This document shows, piece by piece, positions 46,440-60,839 of a stretch of 64,000 bases of DNA. The notes below the pieces were generated by a model, which saw nothing but the letters and a program-made list of their open reading frames with translations, was not told the origin of the DNA and ran no database searches. Position 1 is the first letter of the stretch. The number at the start of each line of letters is the position of its first letter. The stretch comes from Eledone cirrhosa (lineage: Eukaryota). A program made the position numbers and the translations under genes. The stretch spans positions 124,001 through 188,000 of the forward strand of contig OZ024752.1 in assembly GCA_964016885.1 (NCBI GenBank), written 5' to 3'.

Positions 46440-47472
46440 TGATCTTTATCTATTTTGGACATTGTACTGGTTATGGTGGACTCCAGATATCTTGTAGTGT
46501 GGGAACATTGATTGATTTCCCTCTCGACTACACCTCATACGTAATAGTTCAACGTATTTAGGTTTGGAGAGCTAGAATGCCATATGTTTGGGGTGATTAA
46601 TCGTGGAGAATGCAACTCATCCATTCTTGGGCCGTCTTGACCTTAAGAGACGGTGCAGCGTCTTGTTGGAAGGTGTACCGTCTTCCTTTGTTCACGCTCT
46701 CTATTCAAGGCCACACAACCCTCTCCAATACCACCTTGGAGTCAGCAGTATTGAACCTTAAGTCCTGGGGAAAGATGTGAGGAAGCATGACATCACCCTC
46801 ATAGCTCACGAATCCCATAACCATTATAGTTGCCGGAACGTTTGTGTGCATGCCTGTTGGAACGTCTTTAGTGTCTCTACATAATCATCTGTCATTCCTT
46901 TGGTTAACCTTTTGGTCCTCATCAAAGGTTTTTCTCATCAGAGAAAACCCAACAAGCGCTTTGCGCAAATCAGAGAGTTATCTTTTTTATTTGTAGATAT
47001 GAATTGACCTTTCTGCATCACAGAAGACTTGTATTGAAGGTCCTCACGCAGAATTCTTCCGATGGGTCTTGAAACCTTGAGCTTCTTAGCAATGGCGCTA
47101 ATTGACTTTCTGGTGTTCTTATCGATAATTTCCTGCACATTTCGTACAAATTTGGGTGTTCTGATGGCATTAGGACCCTTAGCAGGCTCTTTAGATTTGA
47201 CTACTGCTGTAGAATCCCTGCCAGCAGTTTCCAGCTCTTTTCTAACTTTGGCAACACGCGACCTAGCAACTTTCAAGAGGTGAGAAATCTCTAAATCACT
47301 AGGCTCTGTCTTTAAGGCAAAGATTACAGCGTTCCTTTTAATTGTTGAGTTAGCTTGATGTCTGTCATCATTATCTTTAAAGAAATTATAATCAGAACAA
47401 GTTTGAAAAAAGTTAGAGCTATTAAAAGCTGTGTGCTCATAGAACTGGGCAAACTTGGAATGACAACCACGT
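46440..47472 (-). pseudogene. decayed Tc1/mariner (maT-like) transposase
   Basis: HTH region (IRTPKFVRNVQEIIDKNTRKSISAIAKKL), then after frameshift FSDEKTF..KVNQRNDR, MVMGFVSYEG, decayed DG.PS and NTLNYYV motifs. Confidence 0.8.
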
Positions 47473-48560
47473 TTGCGAACCAACGAAAGAGTCGCTACAT
47501 GCAATTTCAGCTTGCTAGAAAATAGCGTAATTAAAGAGCACAAAATTCATATCTTAAATATCTGCTGTATCATGACTAATCGGACTAAACTACAACAGCG
47601 GGCAAAAGGTCTTCTGTCTAGGGTTGGCAAAGTTGTTAAAACGTTATATAAAATGATTTGTATAAGATGTTATTCGTTCCGACTTTCAGCGCCCTGAGTT
47701 CAAATCCCGCCGACGTCAACTTTACCTTTCATCTTTCCAGGGTCGATAAAATAAATACCAGTTAAGTATTGAGGTCGGGTTATTAGACTTTCCTCCAAAT
47801 TGCTGGCTTTGTGTCTAAATTATAAACCATTGTTATTGTTTATTCCTCGGGTCGTTTCTCATGGAGCAAACCTATGATCAAAGTTATTTCAGCCGTGGAC
47901 ATCCTTTGTTCCGTTTATGGGATACAAGTAGGGCTACATTCTCTAATATATCCTTTCCTTTTTTCTAAACAGTGGGGTGTTATTAGAAGAGGGTGTTATT
48001 TGCAGCATATATACAGACTCGTTAGCTTGACTTGTGTTACGTAGCAACATTTCGTGTTCGAATCTCACTTTGTTTTTATACTTCCAGGGTCGATAAAATA
48101 TATACTAGTCAAGTAATGATCTCAATTCAATTGACTACTATATCTAGTCTAAAATCTGCCTCGAGCCCGGAAGCTCACCAGGCCGGTGCTTATACCGGTT
48201 TCCGTGAAATAAGAAATGCAAGGGTTCTATCAGCGGCCAAGATACTTAAGGTCCATTCTTTCCTCTACAACAATAAAAACTATTACTATCGATAAACCAT
48301 CGTTTCTAGCAAAGTGAGAATTAAACAAATTCATTATTAATCCCATAATATCCCTCCGAGAACCGAGACAAGAACTAGTTCTATGGACCCTTCAGCTCCC
48401 TTTACCAAAAAATGATATTTCTAGTCCAGAGCTATTATTTCTTTTTCAAACTTATTATTGCCTTTGTTAAATATAGACTTATGCAGATTAACTTTTTTTC
48501 GTTTTGTATTTTCCAGTTATGAATAAAACATTTCGTTGCGCTGTACACATCAATATTTTC

Positions 48561-48876
48561 ATGTATGTATGTATGTATGTATGTATGTATGTATGTATGT
48601 ATGTATGTATGTATGTATGTATGTATGTATGTATGTATGTATGTATGTATGTATGTATGTATGTATGTATGTATGTATGTATGTATGTATGTATGTATGT
48701 ATGTATGTATGTATGTATGTATGTATGTATGTATGTATGTATGTATGTATGTATGTATGTATGTATGTATGTATGTATGTATGTATGTATGTATGTATGT
48801 ATGTATGTATGTATGTATGTATGTATGTATGTATGTATGTATGTATGTATGTATGTATGTATGTATGTATGTATGT
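48561..48876. repeat. (ATGT)n microsatellite
   Basis: Perfect tetranucleotide run. Confidence 0.98.
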
Positions 48877-48890
48877 ACATGCATAAATAC

Positions 48891-48927
<37 letters not shown>

Positions 48928-49129
48928 AACATATATACATACTCTCTCTCTCTCACACACACACAATATATATATATATTCGTTTATTTCTAATCTAGAA
49001 ATATATATTTTGGCAAAGACCTTTCGTCTAAAGTGATGTGGTGAAAAGGATATTGTTTGTATTTCACAAAGTCGTGTTTGTTTGCTTGTTTTTCGGGGTG
49101 GTGTTGGTTGCACCGACGTTGGACTTCCG

Positions 49130-49440
49130 TCGGTTTGGACAACGAGTGTTCCAGTTACTCAAACAGTGAAATAGTTGTTTCGTGAAATTAACGATTCTTA
49201 TACAGACACATTTACTCTTAGCTAAATTCTCAGGGAAATTCAGCCTGACATAATATGTAATAAAGAAGGTCTTTTAATTTTTTTTTTGGGGGGGGGGGGA
49301 TCTCATTTTTGCCAGCTGAGTGGATTGGAACAAGTGGAATAAAGTGTCTTGCTCAAGGATACCATACGCCGCCGAGAATCGAACTCGCGACTTTACGATC
49401 GGGAGTCAAACACCCTAACCACAAAGACACGTACCTTCAC
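49130..49440 (-). mobile_element. SINE family 2 copy
   Basis: AAGTGTCTTGCTCAAGG, GAATCGAACTC, CCCTAACCAC in reverse orientation. Confidence 0.7.
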
Positions 49441-50466
49441 AATCAGTTGATAGTGTGTAATACACACGTTTCAACGGTGCTGTCATACAGGAAGGATCTG
49501 ACACAAGAAATGACAGGAATATTCTTTATTCTTTCAAATTTTGTCCTACGACTATGGCGGAGCCCCGTGATACTGAACTAGTACTTCATTTATCAGCCTT
49601 GAAGGGATGGATGGCAATGTTGACTCGATTCGGTTTTGCAATAGTGTCTTGCTCAAGGTGACACGCAAATGCTCCTCATGATCTCACGATCATGGGCCGA
49701 ACATCCTAACCCCTAAGCCACACACCTTCACAAACACGTACCCTATTAGGTAAAAATGATTTAATTAGAAGTAAGGGGCTGCCTCCATGTCCATTACAGG
49801 CCCTCTAACACTATAGAGATTTTTACTGTTTGGGTAGTAGCGGAGCGGGAAAGTATACGGGATGCGCAGGCCGCACAGGTCGGTCACAAGGAATGATGGG
49901 TTGTGTTTGAAAGTACGTTATATTTAAGGAAGGAGACGACTACTTCAGCTTTCTATTTAAGCTGGCTTTTGTCTATGTCTCTTCTCCTATGTAACTGTTT
50001 CTATGTATCGTAATATTTTTGCTATTAATCACTAGGTTGTGGAGTTGTTACTCTTCAATTCCTGCTTTCTATTGAGCGTGGGTTTAATTTCTGATATAAG
50101 AGTGGTTTCGATAAGCTGTCTGAACATAATGTTGGCTCAGTGTGTAGATATAATTTCCACCTCGATGTTTTCCAGAGAATCACCATGTTCTAGTTTACTA
50201 CGTTAGTAGTACATTGTCAAGTTCTTCTTATCTTTGAAATACCATCAGTGCACTTTCATCCTTTCTGCGACATTACGGCTCATTCTTCTTACACCATCAT
50301 CTGGGCATCGTGTTTTTTTATACTACATGTCTAGTTTTACAATTTATCTGTGAGCTTATCTTACAGACAACGCAAGGCGGTTTCTTAAAAGGATAAGTGT
50401 TCTGAAAATTAGGGATGAGATGGAATTGCCTCTGTTTTCTTACTATCTTAATTTTAAGTTTTAGTT

Positions 50467-50504
<38 letters not shown>

Positions 50505-50514
<10 letters not shown>

Positions 50515-50742
50515 AAACGAAAAATCAGTGATGCATTTGAACTCAATTTATTGTGTGTTACAATTGTTTCGTCGGCGGACAGCTCGAGACGCGATCATTG
50601 TGTGGATCTGTCTGAATCTGGACCCGCAGGTTCGACGGATACGCCTAATGATTTCGGAGCATATTCTTCCGCCGGCGAAACAATTGTAACACACAATAAA
50701 TTGAGTTCAGATGCATCACTGATTTTTCGTTTTATATTATAT
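50505..50742 (+). mobile_element. fold-back element with HHR 3' half (family K)
   Basis: ~75-bp arms; CCGGC-GAAA-CAATTG-TA-ACACAC-AATAAA; abuts (TA)n. Confidence 0.75.
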
Positions 50743-50844
50743 CATACTCTGCTCTGTAAGAGCATAGAGTGCTCAACCGGCATACCGCCTATGGAAGCAT
50801 CTTAGCTACCATCCGACCCCCACCCCACCCCACACACACACACG

Positions 50845-50903
<59 letters not shown>

Positions 50904-51015
50904 AAATCGAAAATGCAACTGGAGTCTTTTTAAAAATATTTATTTGGTTCCTTTACCGGCTTCGCAGTTCTTGTGCTTTTCAAAAGTAGAGTTGAAATGG
51001 GGGGGGGGGGGGTTA

Positions 51016-51075
<60 letters not shown>

Positions 51076-51203
51076 GTTTATTCCGGCTCCAATCGGGGGT
51101 AACCACAGTAAGTAAGGTACTCAATACATAGCAGAGTATAAATATTTAATATAGAAATGACTTCTACAGGACTAGAACTGTTTAATTCGGGAGAAATTAT
51201 CAG

Positions 51204-51254
51204 GGCTTCCTGATGATTTCTCCCGAATGAAACAGTTCTAGTCCTGTAGAAACT
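51204..51254 (+). ncRNA. hammerhead ribozyme family B, intact core, in fold-back element 51083-51259
   Basis: GGCTTC-CTGATGA(51210-16)-t TTC tccc GAA t-GAAA-CAG ttctagtc CTG-TA-GAAACT (other copies read GAAGCC). Confidence 0.8.
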
Positions 51255-51255
51255 A

Positions 51256-51316
<61 letters not shown>

Positions 51317-52321
51317 ATACATGCATACATACAAATACAAAGATACGCTCGCAGACGGACACACAGACTTGTGTGTCGCTATGAATATGTCATGTTTTGA
51401 AGCACAAATTCCATTACTATCTTTTTAAACATCCTCTCTATCATCAGCACATACCTCCTTAAAACAACTGATGACAAACTCCCTGTAATCATTTTAAAGG
51501 AGTTTTCATCAAAACAACCATACCATTGTTATTACCATCACTACTGTTATATATAGGTGACCGTATGTGTGTGCGTGCGTATATGTGTGTGTGTGCGTCT
51601 ATATGTGTGAGTGCATATATATGTGTGTGAGTGTGTGGATGCATCCCGTTTTAATGTAAGTGTATGCACGGTAATGTATGTTAATATCTGTAAGATGGGA
51701 GTGTAAGTATGTATTGTGTTGATTGTGGGTTGAGATTCAAGAAGGTTGCATAACATATCCGGTTACTATTTTATCAATGATTTATTTATAAATGTATGTA
51801 TGTATGTATTTGTGTATGCATGTATGTATATATATATATATATATGTGTGTGTATGTGTGTGTGTACGTGTGTGCATACAGTATGCGTAAGTAGGTGCAC
51901 AAGTACACGTAGGCATAAATAGCAAGTTACCTTTATAAAAGAACCTTTTTTTGACATTTAATGATGGAGGTGGCGAATTAGTAGAGTTTTTAGGGCCTAA
52001 GATAGATGTAACGTAGTTTCCTTTCCAGTTTTCTGCGCTCTGAATTCAAATCCCACCGAGGTTAACTTTGCTTATTTACAACACAGTAAATACTGCGAAA
52101 AGCACCCAAGAACAATATTATTTATGTGGGTTGTCAGTATCGGTAGAGGCTCGGACGCCATGCTTTTCAGCATAGTTACGTCCCTTTACGATCTGATTTC
52201 AAATCTCGCAGAAGTTAACTTTGCCTTTCATCCTTACAGGGTCGATAAAATAAAGTACCAGTAATGTACTAGGTATTTGCTGGCATTGTGCCAAAAGTAG
52301 TAGCAATTATTTATGAAACAA

Positions 52322-52918
52322 TCTTAACTATAATAAAGAAAGGAGTGCGGGACTGCGTCCATAATATATTTTTTTTTACTCCGTTTGTAAAATAAGTTGG
52401 ATTACTTTGAATAAATAATTGTTTCTACTTTTGGCACAAGGCCAGCAATTATCCAGTGTATTACTGGTACTTTATTTTATCGACCACGTAAGGATGAAAG
52501 GCAAAGTTAAATGAATGAATATTACATAATTTATGTGCTAAATTTCGTGGCTGTTGAGTTGATTAAATATATTTTATAGCTTATTTAAAGATTCACTTCT
52601 TTAAAATTTTAAAATGTCAATACTTCCGGTTAGCGCCTGTTATATTATAACACTTATAAAAATATCGCATATATTTCCGTCGCTAATTTTCTCCTATTGC
52701 AGTTTATATATAATATCGTCTTTTTTTAAATGCATCATGGATTACGTTACTTGTTACATAAGACAGTGTAACATAGACTTCGTTCAATTTCTGTGTATAT
52801 TGTATATTACGATTTTATTTGGTGTATCATATCTACATGTATATATATTTGCGTATAATATCAATATACACACTACACATGCCAGCAGAAAACCACCCGA
52901 GAGTAGTTTTTCTGCTAG
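52322..52918 (+). mobile_element. non-autonomous Helitron (copy 2) carrying a SINE fragment at ~52417-52510
   Basis: A|TC..hairpin..CTAG|T; homologous to 23092-23576. Confidence 0.85.
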
Positions 52919-52925
52919 TATTATT

Positions 52926-54330
52926 AATTGTTTCTACTTTAGGCACAAGGCCAGCAATTATCCAGTACATTACTGGTACTTTATTTTATCGACCCCGTAA
53001 GCATGAAAGGCAAAGTTAACCTCGACGGGATTTGAACTCAGACCGTAAAGGGACGTAACTATGCTGGAAAGCAAGGCGTCCGACTCTCTACCGATACTGC
53101 CATATTATTAATGAAACAACAATATTTATGAAACAATATTATTTAGGCATCAAAATAGAAAAATAAAAATATTTTAAAATGTGAAATTTTGACGGTATTT
53201 GTTTCAGATCTTTACGTGTATTCTGAGTTCAAATCCAGTCGAGGTCAACTTTGCCTTCTCTTCTCCGAGGTCAATAAAATAAAGTACCAGTTACGTTCTA
53301 GGAATCGAAGTAATCGACATCCCCTTCCCACAAATTGTTAGCCTTGTACCTAAATTACGGTCTGTTAGTTACTGAGTTAAAATCAAGTACTAGATTTTCT
53401 CAACTTTCCCCCTACCCACAAATTGCTGGCTTTGTGCTTCAATTAGAAACAATTATTTATTTATTCTATTATAACTTATACCATATATAAACATTTAATT
53501 ATATTTTGTATAATATATAAAGTATAATAAAAAAGAAAATATTTTATTAGTATCAATAACACGAGGCAGTATCGGTAGAGCATCGAACAACATGCTTTGT
53601 AGTATATAGTTACGTCCCTTCACGTTCTGTGTTCAAATCCCACCGATGTTAGCTTTGCTTTTCGTCCGTACGGGGTCGATAAAATAAAGTACCAGTAATT
53701 CACTAGTGTCGATTTAATCGACTTTTCCCTCCCCCCAAAATTGTTGGTCTTGTGCCTAAATCAGAAACCATTGGATTGGCAGTATCGATAGAGGGTTGGA
53801 CGCCATGCTTTGCAGCAAAGTTACGACCCTTTATGGTCTGAGTTCAAATCCCGCCGAGGTTAACTTTGCCTTTCATCCTTACGGGGTCGATATAATAAAG
53901 TACCAGTAATACACTGGGATAATAGTGTGCCAAAAGTAGAAACAATTATTAGTATCATGACATATAGTTACATTCCTTTACGTTCTCAGTTCAAATCTCA
54001 CCGAGTTGATGAAATAAAGGAGTTGATAAAATAAAGTACCAGTAATGTACTGGGGTCAATTTAATCGACTTTCCCTACCCCTCCCTTCAAAATTGTTGGC
54101 ATTGTGCCTGAATCAGAAACCATTATTAATAATAACACGGGGGATTGGCAGTATCGGTAGAGGGTCGGACGCCATGCTTTGCAGCACAGTTACGTCCCTT
54201 TACGGACTGAGTTCAAATCCCGCCGAGGTTAACTTTGCCTTTCATCCTGACAGGGTCAATAAAATAAAGTACCAGTAATACACTGGGACAATTGCTGGCC
54301 TTGTGCCAAAAGTAGAAACAATTATTAATA
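52926..54330. mobile_element. dense SINE family 1 cluster (52926-53101 -, then five or more + copies, four head-to-tail at 53565-54330)
   Basis: Repeated GGCAGTATCGGTAGAG head, B box, core, and TTGTGCC..AGAAAC tail. Confidence 0.9.
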
Positions 54331-55241
54331 ATAACACGGTTTGCTCGCCAAAATTTTAGTATTTAGATTCGATTGTGTCACACAACAAACTGCAAAATCT
54401 CTAAAATCCATTAAAGCGTTCCTTGAAATCTCGAAGGATAAAACAAAATGTTATCGCTGGAAAGATGAAGAAACACTGCTAGTGAGAGGCGTCAACTATC
54501 ACAATTGACTGGAAAATGTTTTATAACAATGATATTTTATAAACAAAATGGCTCCAAAGAGATTAAGGATGGTGATAATACTTTGACAGATGTGGTATAC
54601 TTTGGGCGTCCAGTTGACTTTGATGAATGACCTGATGTTAGCTGCATTTAAGTGTGTGTGTGTGTGGGGGGGGGGTCTTCTGTTTGTGTGTGTTTTTTGT
54701 GTATATTATTATTTCTATTTCTGCCGGAAGAATTGGCACAGTAACTCAATTCATCTTCATCCGCCATTATCTGCTACCTAACTATACACTGACATTTGTA
54801 ATCACTCAGTAAGTAAAGTGCCTAACTTACGAAAGTGACTGCCACATGAATTTCCGGTCGATAATCTGACAGCAATTGTAAAATGAAATAAATAAATAAA
54901 TAAATAAATAGATAGATAGATATAAAAATACATGTAAAAATAACAAAAAAAAAAAGACAATACCTTTGTACACATGTCTCTTTAGGAAGTTCAAGGGCCG
55001 GCATGTTTGTTTGTTTGTTTGTTTCATTTAGCTGAGCCAAGACTAATAGTGACTGATGAGAGTTGCAAATTGGCGGATCGATAAGTTTGTCGAATGTCTT
55101 GCTAGGCAAATCAAAAAGGCTCAAGAATCATATACTGCCATGATCCACTACGCTGTGACCATGGTCACGGTACTTAACCCTTTCGAGACCGTATTTATGA
55201 ATTTATAATGAATTATACTCGCTTTCAATTAATTAATGCAG

Positions 55242-55299
<58 letters not shown>

Positions 55300-56357
55300 T
55301 GGCTGCCAACTCGTTTTCGAGTACGGCCGCTACTTTATATCCATGTAGGAGAACCCTTACCGATGCGCTGAACGAGTGTGACTTTTTAGTCCAGCCAGCG
55401 ACTTGAAAACTCTTGTGACAATTATTGACACATAGTGCTGGGCCCATGGTATCATGTGACGGCAAGTGCAGAGAGATCTCCAGATATAAAGCAATGCCTG
55501 TGCCGTGAAGCTTTTATAGTGAGCAAAGGCACTGCACAAAGCCAGTCCCACTCTCTTAACCAAGATGATATTTACCAAAAAGAAGAACAAGTCAACATCA
55601 TTGGATACCATCAGGGTTGCAGGTGTTATATATATACACACACACATACAAACAAAATCACCGAATGGTAGATTCTAGTAAAGTATTCTAAAAGCATATT
55701 TCCCTAGGGATATATTCACAGCCAAGCAACCTAAAATTAAGAAGCCTGACTATAATCCCCTGGCTAAAATTCCCTGAAGAATAAATCTGATATGGTCATC
55801 ATTACCAAAACAGTTTTTCATCGGAGGGAATTTCTGTAAAGTATAAGATAAATATATACAGCACTCCTTATTGCCTTTCTTATCATATCTGCCCTTCCGT
55901 TAAATGCTATTTTAAACCTATGTGGAGAACATTTTCAAAAATTCTTTCTTGGGCAGATGACTAGTATTTTATTGCAGTGTGATATATAGCCAAGATCGAA
56001 TCATACCAAAGAGGAAATCAAGATCTTTGGATACTTATTACCAAAATCGATAATTGGTTATTGATACTGAGATGGAAGGTCTTCATTCAATTTCGGTTCC
56101 TAGAAACAGATCTGTCTATGGAATTGTAGGCCATTATATTATCTTGAAATACGTATGTTTATTTATATATTATTTCTTCTTTATATATATACAAAATACT
56201 AGCTGTTTCTCAATTGATATATCCTGTTATATATCGTTTAAACTTATACATACATTACTATAGAAGTGAGCTAGCAGCCGAAGTGTATGATAAAGTTATA
56301 TGTGCATAAATACAGCGTGTGTAACCGAGACTGCACAAATGTATATATATATATATC

Positions 56358-56392
<35 letters not shown>

Positions 56393-56851
56393 ACGCAAAA
56401 GGCAAAACGAAATAACAAAGCAAACGACACAGTACAATACCCGGCGACGCCTTCAGTTACGGGACCATGCATGTATTTTCAGCATCTTCTATAATCTAAT
56501 ATACTGTCCATTTTCCATATGGATATTACAACACACATACACACATTCATTTAAACATTCCTCATGTGGAAATTGTATTAATTCTGATTTTCTCTCTGTA
56601 TATTCTATTAAAATGTTGTATTATATCCTTTTGCATATAATACATGCAGAGTATACTGTATCACATATTTCTATATGCATATTTTATGAAGTATTAGATA
56701 TAGTTTCTAATGTCCATAATATTAAACGAGAATATATATATATATATTATATATATATTTATATATATATATATATATTATATACATATATATCTTTATA
56801 TTATATATAGACACACACACACACATGTGCGCGTGTGTATGAATGTATGTT

Positions 56852-56894
<43 letters not shown>

Positions 56895-56964
56895 GTATAT
56901 ATATATATATATAGACGAAATCTAAACGCATGACTCATAATTAATGCATATATATATATAATAA

Positions 56965-57001
<37 letters not shown>

Positions 57002-58048
57002 CATATATAATAAAGGCAAATTCATGTGCGTGCATCCCCATGGCTTTCTGGCTTAGGCAAATATAGGTATTGTAGTTAAGTATTAATGTAAATAAGCCGC
57101 AAAATCAAATATATCGTTGCGTTGCAAGTTTGTATAATTCTGTCACGAAAGAAATTTTGCTTTTTAATTATAAACGATTCCCTACACTGCCTACTCTTAG
57201 AATATAGCCTATGGTATATCCGTGAGTTGATAATAAAAACGGTTTTATTCGAAAATCAGTTCTAACTGAAATCTCATCAAAGGCGCTGTGCTGAGCCATT
57301 TCAATTCTGCTTCTGCTTATTACTATATCATATGCCATCGTTGCTTAATCAATTTGTGCGTCAGAGCTTTGTAGAGAATAAACGTTGTTGTATTAAATAG
57401 AATAACCCGCAAGATGAAATATGTAGGTTTCCTTTTCCATATATTTGTATATATTGATAAATATATGATCAAACACACGTAAACACAACTTTATATCTGG
57501 AAGCGCATGGCCTAGTGATAAGGGTGTTGGACCTATGACCATAACGGTGTGAGTTCAATTCCTGGACTGGGTAACACATCATAAATAGTAGACATAAAAT
57601 TAATAAACGCTCTGAAATTTTAAATTCTTGTTTACACAAAATTAATAAGACATTTCGTAGAGTATATAGTTAAAACTTAAATAATGTTAAATAGACTACC
57701 AAATAATTAATTAAACATTCATTAATATATAGATGCATTATATCATCAGTATCAAAGTACAAATATCTAAAATTAGAATTAGTATCTAAGTGAATAAAAT
57801 CTAGTATAAAAAAAAAAGACTAAGAGTTCATACATGCCTCACTAGGAATCAAGCGACCAATCTGGTAACTTGATACCCTAGCCAGTTCACAAGCAGCAAC
57901 GCCAATTGGTATATCTATCTCCCACACATATAAGAACTGTTACTTGAAACTTTCGGACATATGCTTACTGGACGGTGAAGGGAAAAACACGTATATATAT
58001 CAATGGATATTTACATTGTTTAGATATTTGTCTGAAGAGAACACGGAG

Positions 58049-58142
58049 AAGACGGTTTCATTTGTACATCCCTTTTTATTTTGTTATACGTATTTCAAAG
58101 ACGTATAACAAAATAAGTAGGATGTACAAATGAAACCGTCTT
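58049..58142. repeat. imperfect palindrome ending in GAAA-CC-GTC (possible HHR 3' half)
   Basis: AAGACGGTTTCATTTGTACATCC..GGATGTACAAATGAAACCGTCTT. Confidence 0.65.
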
Positions 58143-58354
58143 TCTTGTTTATTATTATAATTACGGGGTCGATAAAATAAAGTATCAGTAACGTACTGAG
58201 GTCGATTAAATCGACTTTCCCCTCCAAAAATTGTTGGCCTCGTGCCTATATAAGAAACCATTATTATAATAAAACTCCGGATGAACAAAAATCGCGGAGT
58301 GCTTTACATCTGTTAAGAAAACGTCGACAGATTTTCAATCAACCAGCTTTCTTC

Positions 58355-58399
<45 letters not shown>

Positions 58400-58632
58400 C
58401 ATAATCGGAGAAAGCTAATAGCGACACTCCGGCCAAATTCAAACTCACTCAACAAACATTAGGAAATAGCTGAATATATTCCTAATTAAACGTTTGGGGT
58501 GCTAACTAATTGTATTGTGTGGAAAATTGGCTGTATCATTTCATATGAGATATATCAAATATATCACTTCCCAGACGACTCGTTTCATTATAAGATTTCT
58601 ACAAGTTGGGTGAATATATATATATATATATA

Positions 58633-58826
58633 AAGGAAAATGTATGACCCCGACAGCAGAGCTCAAGCCGTTTCGATGGCTATTTCTGGACTAAAACAGT
58701 CCAGAAATAGCCGTCGAAACGGCTTGAGCTCTGCCGTCGGGGTCATACATTTTCCTATTACCCACTCTACTACTCTAAGTATTGAGTATCCTGGTGCATC
58801 TGGTTCCTTACCACAACTCCTTCGTT
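58633..58826 (+). mobile_element. fold-back element family A
   Basis: Same arms and tail, in (TA)n. Confidence 0.85.
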
Positions 58827-58907
58827 ATATATATATATAAGAAAATTTCGCTCTACATGGTTGAATATATATATATATGTCAATAATATTAATAAATGGA
58901 AAATATC

Positions 58908-59003
58908 TTTATAAAACCATATTTATTTTATTATACATATTTCAAGTGTACCAATATTTTGGTACACTTTCGTCAGATAAAATACAATATTTGGTTTAAA
59001 GAT
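58908..59003 (-). ncRNA. type I hammerhead ribozyme family C, copy 3
   Basis: TATTTTAT-CTGACGA-AAGTGTACCA..TGGTACACTT-GAAA-TATGTA-TA-ATAAAATA; compensatory changes relative to copy 1. Confidence 0.85.
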
Positions 59004-59188
59004 AGTGACATATCCTCATATGAACTTAATGTTATGAGTTCATTGCGGATAGTGAATAAATATTCAAAGCTCAGGATAAATATGGTAATATATATATATA
59101 TATATATACTATATTATATTTTGAGAATAAACTCTCAGTCGTTTACAATAACTAAGCTCCAAGAAAAGGGGCTTTTCCGAGCAGTTAA

Positions 59189-59348
59189 ATACATTAAAAT
59201 ATATGATAAACACGAAACGTGTTTACATTGCAACAGACAAAGTTAGCTATTAATGAAATAAACTAATTAAAGTTAATTAGTTTATTTCATTAATAGCTAA
59301 CTTTGTCTGTTGCAATGTAAACACGTTTCGTGTTTATCATATATTTTA

Positions 59349-59354
<6 letters not shown>
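59189..59354. repeat. perfect palindrome, 82-bp arms, 2-nt loop
   Basis: Arms 59189-59270/59273-59354 read as exact reverse complements. Confidence 0.92.
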
Positions 59355-59402
<48 letters not shown>

Positions 59403-59406
<4 letters not shown>

Positions 59407-59546
59407 TTTCTACAGGACTAGAATTGTTTCATTCGAAGGAAACAGTTCTAGTCCCGTAGAAACCATTTCTATATTAAATTTGATGTTTACACTTCACTAA
59501 TCCATTGAGTACCTTATTTCCTGTGGTTACTCCCGATTGAACCCGG
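59403..59546 (+). mobile_element. fold-back element family B (HHR 3' half only)
   Basis: GGTTTCTACAGGACTAGAATTGTTTC..GAAACAGTTCTAGTCCCGTAGAAACC plus tail. Confidence 0.8.
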
Positions 59547-60231
59547 TGCTCTCTCTCTTTCTCCCCCCCCCCTGTCTCACACACAAGCACACACACACAC
59601 ACACAAGCACACACACACACACACACACAAGCACACACACACACACACACACACACACAAGCACACACACACACACACATATAATGTGTTTGTGTGTGTT
59701 TGCGGTTGTGTACTAACACACCTGTCTCTCTTTGTGAAGAATGTATGTAAATGTGTCTGTCTATATAGATACATATATATGTGTCTGTATGACTGTGGCT
59801 TTGCGTGTGTGTGTGTGTCTGTATGACTGTGGCTTTGCGTGTGTGTGTGTGTGTGCATGTATATGTATATATGTGTATGTGTGTGTGTGCATGTATGCGT
59901 ATGTGCATGTATGTGTGTGTGCATGTATGTGTGTGTATGTATAAATGAATGTGCTTATTCACTTTATTGAATTGTCACAAGCAATTAATAATAAATATAT
60001 TCCGTTCGACTTTCCAATCTACTTCCAGCTCTTATCATCATCATACATTCTGGAATATTCTTAAGAAATTAAGCCGTATTCATAAGACATCATATTTACT
60101 ATAGATGTCATTAAAATGTAAACTTTCTTCAGGATTATATTCCTTTACAGTTTTTCTATTCTTTCTTTTGTGGCGTGGGATAGAATGATAGCAGACATGA
60201 GTTAAATTGTTAGATGTATTCTTTTACAAAA

Positions 60232-60269
<38 letters not shown>

Positions 60270-60726
60270 AAAACATAAACAACCGCCGCCACTGCCACCG
60301 CAACAACAATAACAACCTCAACAACCACAACAATAATAATAACAACATCAACAACAACCACAACATCAACAACAGCCACAACAACAACAACCCAACAACA
60401 ACAACCACAACCACATCAACAAGAACAACAAGCCCAATAGCAACAACAACAACCACAACAACAACAACCACAACAACAACAACAACAACCACATCAAAAA
60501 CAACAACCACATCAACAACAACAACAACAACAACAACCACAACAACAACATCAATAACCAACAACCACAACAACAACCACCACCACCACCACCACCACCA
60601 CCACCACCACCACCAACAACAACAACCACAACAACAACCACAACCTCAACAAACAACAACAACCACAACAACATCAACAACAACAACCACAACAACATCA
60701 ACAACAACAATCACATCAACAACAAT
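60232..60726. repeat. (ACT)n/(AAC)n/(ACC)n tract
   Basis: Direct inspection. Confidence 0.95.
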
Positions 60727-60839
60727 AGATGATAAATAAATATAAATAAAATGCTTTTAAGTGGTCGCCAATGAATCGTTAATAGCATTGCTACATAAAA
60801 GATTATATTCTGTTTAAAGTCATTAGTATTATCATTATT

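Noticed and set aside
46930-46945. CTGATGA followed by GAAA on the minus strand
   Set aside because: Encodes the FSDEK motif of the decayed transposase; no helix II. The CTGATGAGAAA at ~37881-37891 is likewise LINE coding sequence
50645-50690. CTAATGA as the 5' core of the family K hammerhead
   Set aside because: Helix I and the base of helix II do not pair, so only the 3' half is claimed
51468-51511. CTGATGA followed by a hairpin
   Set aside because: TGATGA pairs with downstream TCATCA; no GAAA/NUH geometry
55300-55630. Moderately GC-rich stretch with short ORFs
   Set aside because: No recognisable motif or splice pair; could be decayed transposon coding sequence but I cannot support a call
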